Positions 7,879 to 17,602 of a stretch of DNA of 34,736 nt are shown piece after piece (the first letter of the stretch is position 1; each line of letters opens with the position of its first letter). The translations under genes and the position numbers were made by a program. Below the pieces are notes generated by a model that saw nothing but the letters and a program-made list of their open reading frames with translations, did no database searches and was not told the DNA's origin. Origin of the DNA: Granulicella sp. (GTDB taxonomy: Bacteria; Acidobacteriota; Terriglobia; Terriglobales; Acidobacteriaceae); contig DAHWNL010000087.1 of the NCBI GenBank assembly GCA_027339965.1, positions 1 to 34,736 on the forward strand. The letters are read 5' to 3'.

Positions 7879-9390
7879 CTATCCAGCCGCTTCCATCTGC
7901 GGCTGGGTCTCGGTGAGTGCAGCGGCAGGCGCTCCATCCAATTGACCCGTCTGCGTCAGGCTCTCCGGCTTCATCCGCGGCCCGTTCTCACCGTCGTCCT
8001 GCACAACAGAAGCCAGTGCTTCAAAACATTCTCTGTCCAGTTTGGCGGGTACATCGCGCTCCATGATCTTCAACGCCTCGCGGACGCTGAATCCACGGCG
8101 ATAGGGTCGATCCTCGGTCAGCGCGCCGTAAACGTCCGCGACGCCAATGAGGCGCGCCTCCAGGGAGAGATCTCCGGCGCTCAGACGGTCGGGATACCCC
8201 GTGCCATCCAGCTTTTCGTGATGAGCACCGGCGATATACGCCAGCTCTCGAAACTGCTTCACGTGACCGAGAATCGTTCGGGTCAGCCTGGGGTGCTCCC
8301 GCACGACGGACCACTCCGCGTTGTCCAGTTTGCCGGTCTTGTCGAGAATGGCGTTGGGAATACGAAGCTTGCCCAGATCATGCAAAAGCGCTGCGCGATA
8401 CACCAGGCGCTTCCGCTCCGGATCCAATCCCAGGGCAGCGGCGATGCGTGCGGCGGCATCCGTAACGCCAATGGAGTGTTGAAACGTGTAATGAGACTTG
8501 GCGTCCACCACCTCCGCAAATGCCTCACAGACGGAGTCGATGTGCGCGGCGGAGATTCGGCGCGTTTCGCCGGGCGAGAGATCGATCACCGCAGCCCGCG
8601 CGCCGTGTTCTGCCTCCGCGGAGGTTTGCCCTCCCTGGGGCAGACACTGCCGCCACAGGGCGCCGCTTTGGTGCAGGGATTCGGCGGCCTTCACCACTTC
8701 GGGATCGAACCAGCGTCGATTGCGCTGCTGCAGGACGAGCATGGCCGATTCGGGACCGCGCTCGCCGGCGAAGACGTCCAGGTGCTGTGCAACAGCCATC
8801 ACGCGCGCCAGCGCAGATATGGCTGTTCCCCGCAGCCGTTGCGGATAGCCGCTGCCGTCCCAGTGCTCATCCAGGCTGCGCACAGCCAGCGCGGTTTGTT
8901 CGCTCATGCCGATTTTACGAACGATGCTCGCGCCACGGTCGCAACGCATCTGAATCATCTCTTCATTGTTGCGGTGCTGCGTAAGTCCAATCTGCAAGAT
9001 GCGCGCCACCCGGCGCGCCGAGTTCGCATTCGGCAACACGTTGCGCCAAAGCAGACGCAGCGTGGAAAGGCGCGGCTGATACGGCCGTGTCCAGTCTTCC
9101 AGCTTGACACCTGCCTTGACCGCACGATCGTCGCCGCCGCCGATGATCTGGCACATGCGCGTCGCGTTGCTGCTGCAGCCAATGTCTTTCAGCAGCAGGG
9201 CGTGATAGAGATCGGCTAGCTCGACATCGGATAGGCCGATTTCCATCCCCAGCCGCATGCCAAGCAGACAGCTCCGCAGAGTGTGCCCCGGCACGGCGCC
9301 CTCGGTCAGATCCAGAGCAAAGGACAAGGCCGAGATCACCTCAGCCAGCGACGGCGCGCCACCTTCAGCAGAATCCTGCTCGAATTTCAT
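7879..9390 (-). CDS. tandem HD / HD-GYP domain protein (putative cyclic-dinucleotide phosphodiesterase)
   Basis: The N-terminal domain is degenerate (LLKDIG, EHWDGSGYP). The C-terminal domain is intact (LLHDLGK, HHEKLDGTGYP, VADVYGAL, RPYR). Start at MKFEQ, or 9405. Confidence 0.9.
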   Translation of the reverse strand: MKFEQDSAEGGAPSLAEVISALSFALDLTEGAVPGHTLRSCLLGMRLGMEIGLSDVELADLYHALLLKDIGCSSNATRMCQIIGGGDDRAVKAGVKLEDWTRPYQPRLSTLRLLWRNVLPNANSARRVARILQIGLTQHRNNEEMIQMRCDRGASIVRKIGMSEQTALAVRSLDEHWDGSGYPQRLRGTAISALARVMAVAQHLDVFAGERGPESAMLVLQQRNRRWFDPEVVKAAESLHQSGALWRQCLPQGGQTSAEAEHGARAAVIDLSPGETRRISAAHIDSVCEAFAEVVDAKSHYTFQHSIGVTDAAARIAAALGLDPERKRLVYRAALLHDLGKLRIPNAILDKTGKLDNAEWSVVREHPRLTRTILGHVKQFRELAYIAGAHHEKLDGTGYPDRLSAGDLSLEARLIGVADVYGALTEDRPYRRGFSVREALKIMERDVPAKLDRECFEALASVVQDDGENGPRMKPESLTQTGQLDGAPAAALTETQPQMEAAG

Positions 9391-9443
9391 ATTTTGACGA
9401 TACATTCCTGACACTGGCGCAGCTCCAAACCTACGAAGGGATA

Positions 9444-9469
9444 TCGGAAGAATAGCTCGGAAGAATAGC
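9444..9469. repeat. 13 bp tandem direct repeat (TCGGAAGAATAGC x2)
   Basis: Seen directly 55-80 bp upstream of the HD-GYP start. Confidence 0.9.
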
Positions 9470-9788
9470 GCAGTCTGCTTTTCGCACAGTCTTTGGAGTT
9501 CTGTCTCCGCGGCCGAATTCCGCCGAATCCCGGCGGCGGGCGCCACTGCGGGCAACCGCTCAAGTGCTTGAGAAACTGCTGGTTCGATGCCTTTGATCGC
9601 GTGAAAGGCCAGGCCTCGCCCGTTGACCGGTCGGTATTTCTTCCCCAGGCCCTCGACAGCCGCGCACGGTTCGTTTGCGCCCGAATCCACAGGGCCTCCC
9701 GCCCGGATCGCCTCTTTCTTTCTTTCACTGCCCATCCAAACCGCCTGAACCCCCAACCACCGGAACCGCACCCATCCGCATCGAGGGC

Positions 9789-10961
9789 TCAGCGAGGAAG
9801 GGAGACTGCCTGCTTGAGAGCATCAGCCACTTCCTGCTGCTGGTTCGCAGTCATGCGGTTGAAAAAGGGCAGTGCCAGCATGCGGGGCGCAACCGCCTGG
9901 GTAACCGGCAGCGGCCGTGCCGCGCTGGCATGGCCCCGCCAGGCCGGCTGCAAGTGGATGGGTGAAAAGTAGCATCCGGTTGCGATGCCTTGGAGCGCAA
10001 GTTCCGATTGCACCCGTTCCCGGCTTGAGCCGATGGGGAGCCGAACCGCATAGACAAACCAACTGATCACCCGGCGCGGAAGCTCCCTGGGCGGCGGCTC
10101 GAGACCCGGAACGTTGGCCAGCAAGGCGTCATACCTTCCGGCAACGGCGTCGCGCAGCGCAAGGATCCGCTCCAGCCGGCTCAACTGCACACGGCCAAGG
10201 GCGCAAGCCAGCTCTGCCAGCCGATAGTTGTAGCCTGGCTCGATGTGCTCCAGCCAGCCGGAGGCTTCCCGGCAGCCGCGCGCATCCGCACCCATGCACA
10301 TCCGGTCCGGGTTACGCCCCTGATTTCTCAAGCTCCGCAGCCGCCGGGCATGGGCGGGGTTGCGGCAAAGTACTGCGCCACCCTCGCCGGTGGTGATTTG
10401 CTTGTTGGGATAAAAGCCAAACACGGCCAGATCGCCAAAGCTTCCGGCGCGACGGGCCGAGGGCGAATCGCCGAATTGAGCGCCGAGAGCCTCGCATGCG
10501 TCCTCGATGATCCGGACGCGATGCCGCCGGGCGATCTCCGCAAACGCATCCATATCCGCCGGAACCCCGAACGTGTGAACCACAAGGATCGCCCTGGTCT
10601 GCGGCGTGATCGCCTGCTCCACGAGCGCAGGATCGAGATTCAGCGTTACCGGTTCGATATCCACAAACACCGGTGTGGCCCGCACCTGCAGGACTACGTT
10701 GGCCACGGCGATAAACGCAAAGGAGGGAAGGATCACTTCGTCCCCCTCGCCGACTCCCAGGACCAGGAGCGCCAGGTGCAGGCCGGCCGTGCCGGAGCTC
10801 ACCGCCACTGCATGGTCAACGCCGTGGTATTTGGCCAACGCTGCTTCAAAAGCCTCCAGTTCCGGTCCCAGGCTGAGTTGAGATGTCCGCAGGACGGCTG
10901 TCGCAGCGTCGATTTCCGCCTTCGTAATATCCGGCGCCGCCAGTGGAATGCGCACTGTCAT
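9789..10961 (-). CDS. DegT/DnrJ/EryC1/StrS-family PLP aminotransferase
   Basis: SSGTAGLHLAL, IIEDACEALG, FGFYPNKQITTGEGG, GYNYRL. Confidence 0.95.
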   Translation of the reverse strand: MTVRIPLAAPDITKAEIDAATAVLRTSQLSLGPELEAFEAALAKYHGVDHAVAVSSGTAGLHLALLVLGVGEGDEVILPSFAFIAVANVVLQVRATPVFVDIEPVTLNLDPALVEQAITPQTRAILVVHTFGVPADMDAFAEIARRHRVRIIEDACEALGAQFGDSPSARRAGSFGDLAVFGFYPNKQITTGEGGAVLCRNPAHARRLRSLRNQGRNPDRMCMGADARGCREASGWLEHIEPGYNYRLAELACALGRVQLSRLERILALRDAVAGRYDALLANVPGLEPPPRELPRRVISWFVYAVRLPIGSSRERVQSELALQGIATGCYFSPIHLQPAWRGHASAARPLPVTQAVAPRMLALPFFNRMTANQQQEVADALKQAVSLPR

Positions 10962-12151
10962 CGATCTTCCACCCCTGAGCAGACGGGAGCCGGCTGTTTG
11001 ATCAGCAACCCGTCAAGCGACACCGTTCTCAGCACGCGGGCAATGGTCTCCGAAGCGGTTCCATCGCCGTACGGATTCGTCATTCCGGCAAGATCTTTGC
11101 GGAAATCAGGTTGCAGAGCTCGGGCAATGGCAGCGCGAATGGCATCTGCCTGCGCAGGCGCATCGATCACATTCCGAGCCCGTTCGCGGCCTTGCTGCCG
11201 GATGCCGACGTTGACGACCGGCAGGCCGAGCGAGGCCGCTTCCATGATTCCGCTCGATGAGTTGCCGATGAGCACCTCCACGGATTGAAGCAGGCTCCAG
11301 TAAGAAACAGCGTCGAGGTTGACAAAGAGATGCGTGTTGGCGCGGGCCGCCGCCAGGCTGCGCACGCGCTCAATGAGCGCATGACTGCCGGCATCCGTAT
11401 TGGGGTGGCAAAAGATCAACTGTCCGGGCGTAGCGGCGAGCGCGGCAAACAGCGCCTCCGCCTCCGCGTTCGTGTCCCGCAGAATCGTGACCGGGTGCCA
11501 TGCGGCGAGCAGCGTTGGCGAGTCAAGCGCGATACCGAGGCGCTCTTCCAGTTGCGCGCGGCTAAGAAGCTTCGAACGGCGCAGATGATCCAGAGACGGA
11601 GCCCCGGCGCGATGTACGCGCCAAGCCTCTTCTCCCAGGGCAAGGACGCGCCGGCGAGCGGTCTCCGTGGAGGTGAAGTGGATATGGGACAGCTTGGTCA
11701 GCGCGTTGCGCACCGCATCGTCGATCGCTCCCTGGCTGACCTCCCCGCCTTCAATGTGCGCCATGGGAATACGCAGCGCCAGAGCCACCGCCGCCGGCGC
11801 CAGCATCTCATAGCGGTCAGCGATCAGCAGCAGGATCTCCGGCCGCCACGCTGTCAGAGCATCTGCAAGGCTCAGGATGGCAAGTCCGATCGTCTTGGCC
11901 ATCCCCGTGTCCGTATCGGAGCTGAGCAGACACTCGATGCGGGCTTGCATGGGAAAGCCGTCCCGCTCGACTTCGGTGATCGTAGAGCCAAACCTGGGTG
12001 AGAGATGAGGGCCCAGCGCGAAGACGCCGAGTTCCACATCCGGCTGGTCCTGCAGGACGCGCAGCGGCCAGTAAAGATGGCTGTAATCCGCGCGCGAGGT
12101 GGTGAGCACACCTATCCTCCGCCGGCCGCGCGCCGTTTCGTTGCCGCTCAT
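10958..12151 (-). CDS. neuC: UDP-N-acetylglucosamine 2-epimerase, hydrolysing (NeuC/LegG type)
   Basis: TSRADY, DRYE, HIEGGE...IDDAVRNALTKLSHIHF, GNSSSGIME, RQQGRE, NPYGDG. 4 bp overlaps with both neighbours. Confidence 0.9.
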   Translation of the reverse strand: MSGNETARGRRRIGVLTTSRADYSHLYWPLRVLQDQPDVELGVFALGPHLSPRFGSTITEVERDGFPMQARIECLLSSDTDTGMAKTIGLAILSLADALTAWRPEILLLIADRYEMLAPAAVALALRIPMAHIEGGEVSQGAIDDAVRNALTKLSHIHFTSTETARRRVLALGEEAWRVHRAGAPSLDHLRRSKLLSRAQLEERLGIALDSPTLLAAWHPVTILRDTNAEAEALFAALAATPGQLIFCHPNTDAGSHALIERVRSLAAARANTHLFVNLDAVSYWSLLQSVEVLIGNSSSGIMEAASLGLPVVNVGIRQQGRERARNVIDAPAQADAIRAAIARALQPDFRKDLAGMTNPYGDGTASETIARVLRTVSLDGLLIKQPAPVCSGVEDR

Positions 12152-13245
12152 GCGGGAACCCGGCTCGGGCCGCCCGCAAGCAGTGCCCGCAGCGTCTCAC
12201 TGGGGGTATAGTCCGGGACCAGGGTCTGCAAATGATCCAGCGCAGCCGCTAGATCGCGGGCATCCAGCGCGCTGCGCAAACGGGCAAGAACGCTGCGCAA
12301 TCTGTCCCGGGCAGGCATGGGCGAGGTGATGGCGATCAGGTCCCCGGCCGGCGCGGCCTGCGGCGTCTCCGGCGGAGACCAGAACTGTTCGCTGGCCTTG
12401 TCACCGGCGCGTAGCCCCGTCTGCCGCACGGAGATGGGAAGACCCCCGGCGAGTTCGCGGATCATGAAGCGCGCCAGGTCCGCGATGCGATGGGCTGCGG
12501 GCAACGCGGGCGCCAGCAGTACCGGCGGCTCCAACTCCAGCGCCGCGGAGAGCAGAAGGCTGACGGCCTCCTCCAGCGTAATGAAGTAGCGGCTGGCTGC
12601 CGGATCCGCCAAGCAGAGGGGTCCTCCTGCGGCAATCTGACCGGCAAAGACCTCAACCACGCTGCCGCGTGAAGCCAGCACGTTGCCCAGGCGCAACGCA
12701 GTGCCGCCGGCGGAAAGAACAATCTGTTCAGCTACCCGTTTGGTGGCGCCCATCACCGATGCGGGGGCTACGGCCTTGTCCGTGGAGAGCAAAACCACAC
12801 GCGCGCCCGCCGCGGCTTCCATGAGTGAAAGCGTCCCGAAGATATTGTTCTCCATGGCCGCCAAAGGCTGCTCTTCAAGAAGCGGCACATGCTTGAAGGC
12901 CCCGGCGTGAAACACCAGTCCCGGAGAGCGACGGGCGAAGATCTCCTCCAGCAGCGCGCGATCCCCGGCGCTGCCCAGCCGGAACTCCGTGGGCACGGTC
13001 AGCCCTGCTCCAGCCCATTGGCGCTGCAGCGAGTGGAGATCGTTTTCCGAGGCATCCAGCAACACCAGCCGGGGCGGGTCCAGCGCCGCGATGCGGGCCG
13101 CAAGCGCGGAGCCGATGGAGCCCGCCGCGCCAATGACCAAGACCGGCGCCTCGCGCAATCCTTGCAGGATATTGTGCGCCGGCGACGCCAGGCTGGGGCG
13201 ATCGAGGAAGCCGCCCCAGTCCGGGATCTTTGGGCAGGGGATCAT
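12148..13245 (-). CDS. nucleotide-sugar 4,6-dehydratase (Polysacc_synt_2, PglF/CapD catalytic domain only)
   Basis: GAAGSIGS, HAGAFKHVP, STDKAV..SVMGATKR, RLGNVLASRGSV. No N-terminal TM region. Start 13245 is supported by a TATACT box 6 nt upstream. Confidence 0.88.
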   Translation of the reverse strand: MIPCPKIPDWGGFLDRPSLASPAHNILQGLREAPVLVIGAAGSIGSALAARIAALDPPRLVLLDASENDLHSLQRQWAGAGLTVPTEFRLGSAGDRALLEEIFARRSPGLVFHAGAFKHVPLLEEQPLAAMENNIFGTLSLMEAAAGARVVLLSTDKAVAPASVMGATKRVAEQIVLSAGGTALRLGNVLASRGSVVEVFAGQIAAGGPLCLADPAASRYFITLEEAVSLLLSAALELEPPVLLAPALPAAHRIADLARFMIRELAGGLPISVRQTGLRAGDKASEQFWSPPETPQAAPAGDLIAITSPMPARDRLRSVLARLRSALDARDLAAALDHLQTLVPDYTPSETLRALLAGGPSRVPA

Positions 13246-13251
13246 CTCCGC

Positions 13252-13257
13252 AGTATA
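13252..13257 (-). promoter_or_regulatory. putative sigma70 -10 box (TATACT) for a leaderless transcript
   Basis: TATACT-GCGGAG-ATG(13245) on the minus strand. Confidence 0.55.
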
Positions 13258-13404
13258 AATCGGGGTGATAGCGCCCCTTGGCGGCCGGAAGAGCCGTCCT
13301 GTTGGCAGTAGCGTGCTTCCCTCGCAAGGTTCGCATACACTAGCCATTGGCGCGGCTGGAAGGGCGGCAATCCCTGGCTACGCGGAAGAGAGTATCCACG
13401 CACG

Positions 13405-16400
13405 ATGCGCATGCGAATCGCCGGATATGCGATGCTGGTAAGCCTTTCCGCGGCTGGCGCCGGCGCGGCAACGGGAAAGACGGACCATCTGGAGGCGATC
13501 CGGCTGAACGATCGCGGCGTTGCGCTGATGAGCCAACAGCTTCCGGAGCGCGCGGCGAGGAACTTCGCCGCGGCTCTCCAGAAGGATCCCGAATTTGCGC
13601 AAGCCGCCGTCAATGAGGGCATAGCGCTCTACGCCCAGCAGAAGCTGGAGGATGCCGAGGCGGCACTGCAAAGGGCCATCCGGATCGACCCAAAAAGCGC
13701 GCAAGCCTGGTACAACCTGGGCTTGACGCAACGCTCTCTGGATGAGTTATCGAAGGCAGCCGCCAGCTTCCGCCGCGCGGCGGCGCTCGACCCCCACGAC
13801 GCGGACTCGTTTTATTTTGAAGGCGCCTGCTACGCCGGGATGGGAGAGTTCTCCGCGGCCATCCCCATCTTCCAGAAGGCGCTGGCGATCAATCCCCTGC
13901 ATCCGTCAGCGGAGTTTGGGCTAGCCCGCTCCCTGGTGCGTACCGGCCATAAAACGGAGGCGCAACAGGACTTCAAACGCTTCCAGATGTTGACAAACGA
14001 CAAACTCGGAACGCCGATCGGCCAGGGCTACGGAGAGCAAGGCCGCTACTCGACCGTAACCGCGGTGCAAGAGCCGGAGACGATCGAACGCAAGATGATA
14101 CCCGTGCGGCTGGCCGCTCGGCCCATGATCCCGGAGAACGCGCCCTCGGCCTGGACAACCGGTGGCGGAGCCTGCATGATCGACGCCACCGGCTCCGGGC
14201 AGATGGACCTGGTGCTGATGCAGTCCGGCTCGCAGGCCATTCGCATCCTTCACCCGCAGAGCGATGGCGCCCTGGTGCAGCTTGATGCTCCGGCCATGGG
14301 GCTGAGCGCCGGCGGTCAGGCCGTCGCCTGCGCCGTAGGCGATTACGATGGCGACAAGCGGAACGATCTGGCGGTCGCCATGAGCAATAGAGTTCTTCTC
14401 TTCCGCAACCTGGGGCACGGCAGGTTCCAGGACGTCACCGCCCATGCGGGCCTGATGCCGCGCAATCGGCCTACAGGAATTTCATTCATCGACTACGACC
14501 ACGATGGAAATCTGGACCTATTCCTCACCGGTTCGCCTCTCCAGCCAGGGGGCGAGTCCAACGTGGTTTGGCGCAATGATGGCGACGGCGCATTTACGGA
14601 GCAGACCCAGCAGACAGGATTGGGTGGAAGCGGCAAGACCTCGGCGGCGATGCTGACCGATTTCAATAACGATCGCGCGGTGGACATTGCAGTCACCGGC
14701 GCTGCGGCCGCACCCATTTTGTACATCAATCCGCGCACTGGCAAATGGCCCACGCAGCCTTTATATGACCGGAAGAGCCTGCCGCCCACCGCGGGCATCG
14801 CCGTGCTTGACTACAACAAAGATGGCTGGATGGACGTTGCGGTGACGCACGCCGGGCCGCCGGGGCTCACCTTGTGGCGCAATGTTGCAGCGCCCAAACC
14901 CCTCGCCCGGCGTTTTGAACAGGTGCGTCTGCCCCTGCAAGGCGCCTTGCGCGGCTGGGGGGTGACGCCGATCGACATTGACAACGACGGCTGGATCGAT
15001 CTGGCCGCCATTGTGGACACGAAGGCAGGACCGCAGGTGCATGTCTTCCGGAACCGAGGCGATGGGACGTTTGAGGATGTGAGTGCCGCGCTGGGACTGG
15101 ACAAGGTGCAACTCAAGGCTCCGCGCGGACTGATCGCGGCTGACCTGGAGAACAAGGGCGCCGCCGACCTGATTGTGACGCAGCGGAACGCTCCGCCCGT
15201 GTGGCTGCGCAACGTGGGCGCAAACAAGAATCACTTTGTACGCCTGGCCCTGGTCGGCAATGCCGACAACAAGACCGGGATCGGCGCCAAGGTGGAGGTG
15301 TTCGCCAATGGCCTGTGGCAGAAGTGGGAGTTGACAGGAGCTTCCGGCTACCAGACGCAGGGACCGCCGCAGATTCTCATTGGACTGGGCAAGTCCGAAG
15401 GCATCAGCCTGCTGCGCATCCTGTGGCCCACAGGCGTCTTGCAGGACGAAATGAATCTGCCGCACACGGAAACCATCACGGAAGACGAAGTAGACCGGCG
15501 CGGCAGCTCCTGCCCGGTGTTGTTTGTGTGGAATGGAAACAATTACCAGTTTGTTACCGACGTGCTGGGCGCGGGCGTGGTGGGGCACTGGTTTACGCCC
15601 GCGCGGCACAACATTCCTCGCCCCAGCGAGTGGGTCAAGGTGGACGGCGAAGATGTGGCTCCGGTGAACGGGAAGGTGAGTGTGCGCTTCATGGAGCCGA
15701 TGGAGGAGGTAAACTACGTCGACCAATTACGGCTGGTGGCCGTGGACCACCCCAAGAATGTGAGGGTGAATCCGGACGAGCGGTTCCTCGACAGCCCTCC
15801 ATTTGCATCCGGCCAGGTGGTGGCCAGTGTGGACGCGCGCCCCCCGGCGGGCGCCTGGGATGGGACCGGACGCGATGTTCTGGACGAACTGCTCCGGCGG
15901 GATCACCGGTTTGCCGGCGGGTTCACTCCACTGCCGTATGATGGCTTCGCCAACCTCCACGCGTTGACCCTGGATCTGGGCAGGATCGATACCCAGGGTC
16001 CATTGCGGTTACTGATGACCGGCTATGTGAATTACTTCAGCGCGACATCGCTTTATGCGGCTTGGCAGGCCGGCGTGCGGCCCATTGATCCGTATATTGA
16101 AGCGCAGCTTCCCGACGGCGAATGGCGGCGCATCGACGCAAGGGCTGGATTTCCAGCGGGTCTGGAGCGCACCATCGTGGTGAACCTCACAGGCAAGCTG
16201 CCGCCGGGCACGCGTCGTATCCGTCTGATGACGAACCTGGAGATCTACTGGGATCAGGTCCTCATCGATCGTCATGCTCAAGGCGGCTTCCGCGCGACGG
16301 AGTTGCCTTTGGAGCTGGCCACTGAGCAGTTTCAAGGCTATCCCAAGGAGATCGACGGCCCCAGCCCCGGCGATCTCAGCTACAACTACAATCTGGCCAG

Positions 16401-16866
16401 CCTGACCGGACCCTTTCAGCACGAAGCCGGCGATTACACGCATTTCGGCGATGTGACGCCGCTTTTGAAGAGCATCGACGACCGCTTCGCCATCTTCGGC
16501 AGCGGCGAGGGGATTGCCGCTGAGTTCGATGCATCCCGCCTTCCATCATTGCCGCCGGGCTGGAAGCGCGATTACTTCTTCTACGCCAACGGCTATGAAA
16601 AGGACATGGATTGGTGGGACTCCTCGCCGTTCACCGTATCGCCGCTTCCCTTCCATGAGATGACATCCTATCCCTATTCCATCGAAGAAGGGTTTCCGGC
16701 CAGCGCCGCCTCGCTTCGCTACCGCCTGAATTGGAACGATCGTTATGTCTCCGGCAAACCCACGGGGTTGCACCGGTTCCAGTATCAGTGGCTGCCTTCC
16801 GCGCCGAGCGACGATCCGGCGAAAGACGCGCGAGAACGCGCGCCGGATCACGTCGGCTCGGAGTGA
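13405..16866 (+). CDS. secreted TPR + FG-GAP repeat + ASPIC/UnbV (CRTAC1-like) protein
   Basis: Signal peptide, TPR helices (AWYNLG, ALAINP), repeated DxDxDG motifs (DYDGD, DYDHDG, DFNND, DYNKDG, DIDNDG), GIGAKVEV...WPTG, then SCP and a long C-terminal domain. Confidence 0.9.
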   Translation: MRMRIAGYAMLVSLSAAGAGAATGKTDHLEAIRLNDRGVALMSQQLPERAARNFAAALQKDPEFAQAAVNEGIALYAQQKLEDAEAALQRAIRIDPKSAQAWYNLGLTQRSLDELSKAAASFRRAAALDPHDADSFYFEGACYAGMGEFSAAIPIFQKALAINPLHPSAEFGLARSLVRTGHKTEAQQDFKRFQMLTNDKLGTPIGQGYGEQGRYSTVTAVQEPETIERKMIPVRLAARPMIPENAPSAWTTGGGACMIDATGSGQMDLVLMQSGSQAIRILHPQSDGALVQLDAPAMGLSAGGQAVACAVGDYDGDKRNDLAVAMSNRVLLFRNLGHGRFQDVTAHAGLMPRNRPTGISFIDYDHDGNLDLFLTGSPLQPGGESNVVWRNDGDGAFTEQTQQTGLGGSGKTSAAMLTDFNNDRAVDIAVTGAAAAPILYINPRTGKWPTQPLYDRKSLPPTAGIAVLDYNKDGWMDVAVTHAGPPGLTLWRNVAAPKPLARRFEQVRLPLQGALRGWGVTPIDIDNDGWIDLAAIVDTKAGPQVHVFRNRGDGTFEDVSAALGLDKVQLKAPRGLIAADLENKGAADLIVTQRNAPPVWLRNVGANKNHFVRLALVGNADNKTGIGAKVEVFANGLWQKWELTGASGYQTQGPPQILIGLGKSEGISLLRILWPTGVLQDEMNLPHTETITEDEVDRRGSSCPVLFVWNGNNYQFVTDVLGAGVVGHWFTPARHNIPRPSEWVKVDGEDVAPVNGKVSVRFMEPMEEVNYVDQLRLVAVDHPKNVRVNPDERFLDSPPFASGQVVASVDARPPAGAWDGTGRDVLDELLRRDHRFAGGFTPLPYDGFANLHALTLDLGRIDTQGPLRLLMTGYVNYFSATSLYAAWQAGVRPIDPYIEAQLPDGEWRRIDARAGFPAGLERTIVVNLTGKLPPGTRRIRLMTNLEIYWDQVLIDRHAQGGFRATELPLELATEQFQGYPKEIDGPSPGDLSYNYNLASLTGPFQHEAGDYTHFGDVTPLLKSIDDRFAIFGSGEGIAAEFDASRLPSLPPGWKRDYFFYANGYEKDMDWWDSSPFTVSPLPFHEMTSYPYSIEEGFPASAASLRYRLNWNDRYVSGKPTGLHRFQYQWLPSAPSDDPAKDARERAPDHVGSE

Positions 16867-16964
16867 AGGAGAGAAGGGCGCGCCGCATCCGCTGGGATAC
16901 ATTGGATTATCGCCGCGACCTCCGGCTATACTGCTCCACAATCAGGAAACAAGGAGAAGCGGAC

Positions 16965-17486
16965 ATGAGAAGAGGATCCATTGCGAGTCGAGCGGCCAAG
17001 GGAATGTTGATCCTGACGGTTGGCCTCGCGCCCCTGACGACCAACGCGCAAGCCACGGGCACCGTTCTGACGCCAGCAGCGTTGCAAAGCCTGATTCCGG
17101 CAACCGTCTTCTATGACGGGCAGACGACCACCACCCAGTTGCGCAACTCCTGGGGAGTGAAGTTCGCCGACGGCTCCTACGTGCTTGCGGCTTTGGTGGA
17201 CACATCAGGCTACTCCAGTGCCGTTCAGGCAAACTTCCAGGCTTACTTCATCACCGAGGTTCCGATCCGCGTGAATGGAATGAAGCTGGGGGCGGGTATC
17301 TACGGCATCGGTTTTGTGTCCGGAGGAAAGTTTGTTGTTACCGATGTGGGCGGCCACAAGCTGCTGACGGTGGATTCTGCCAACGACGGCAGCCTCAAGC
17401 GGCCCAGGCCGCTGGAAGTGGTTGCGGAGCCGGGCGGAAAGTTCCATCTTTACGAGGGCCGCAGTTATGTGGTCCTGGGCCGGTAG
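16965..17486 (+). CDS. hypothetical secreted protein
   Basis: AAGGAG RBS, signal peptide ending NAQA, beta-rich mature part (LVDTSGYS, GIYGIGF, RPRPL). TATACT at 16927-16932. Confidence 0.8.
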   Translation: MRRGSIASRAAKGMLILTVGLAPLTTNAQATGTVLTPAALQSLIPATVFYDGQTTTTQLRNSWGVKFADGSYVLAALVDTSGYSSAVQANFQAYFITEVPIRVNGMKLGAGIYGIGFVSGGKFVVTDVGGHKLLTVDSANDGSLKRPRPLEVVAEPGGKFHLYEGRSYVVLGR

Positions 17487-17602
17487 AGCAGGAAAGATGC
17501 GCAGGCGATTCCGGTTGAGCGGTTCTTTCCCGGACAAGCTCCTTTGCTCCCCTGGAAGACCTTCTGTCCCGTAGGCTCGGAGCGGGTTGTAGAGCCAACA
17601 TC

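Noticed and set aside
9391..9771. 127 aa N-terminal extension of the HD-GYP ORF
   Set aside because: No domain-like character, contains a DNA tandem repeat, and family similarity begins near SLAEVISALS. Treated as intergenic.
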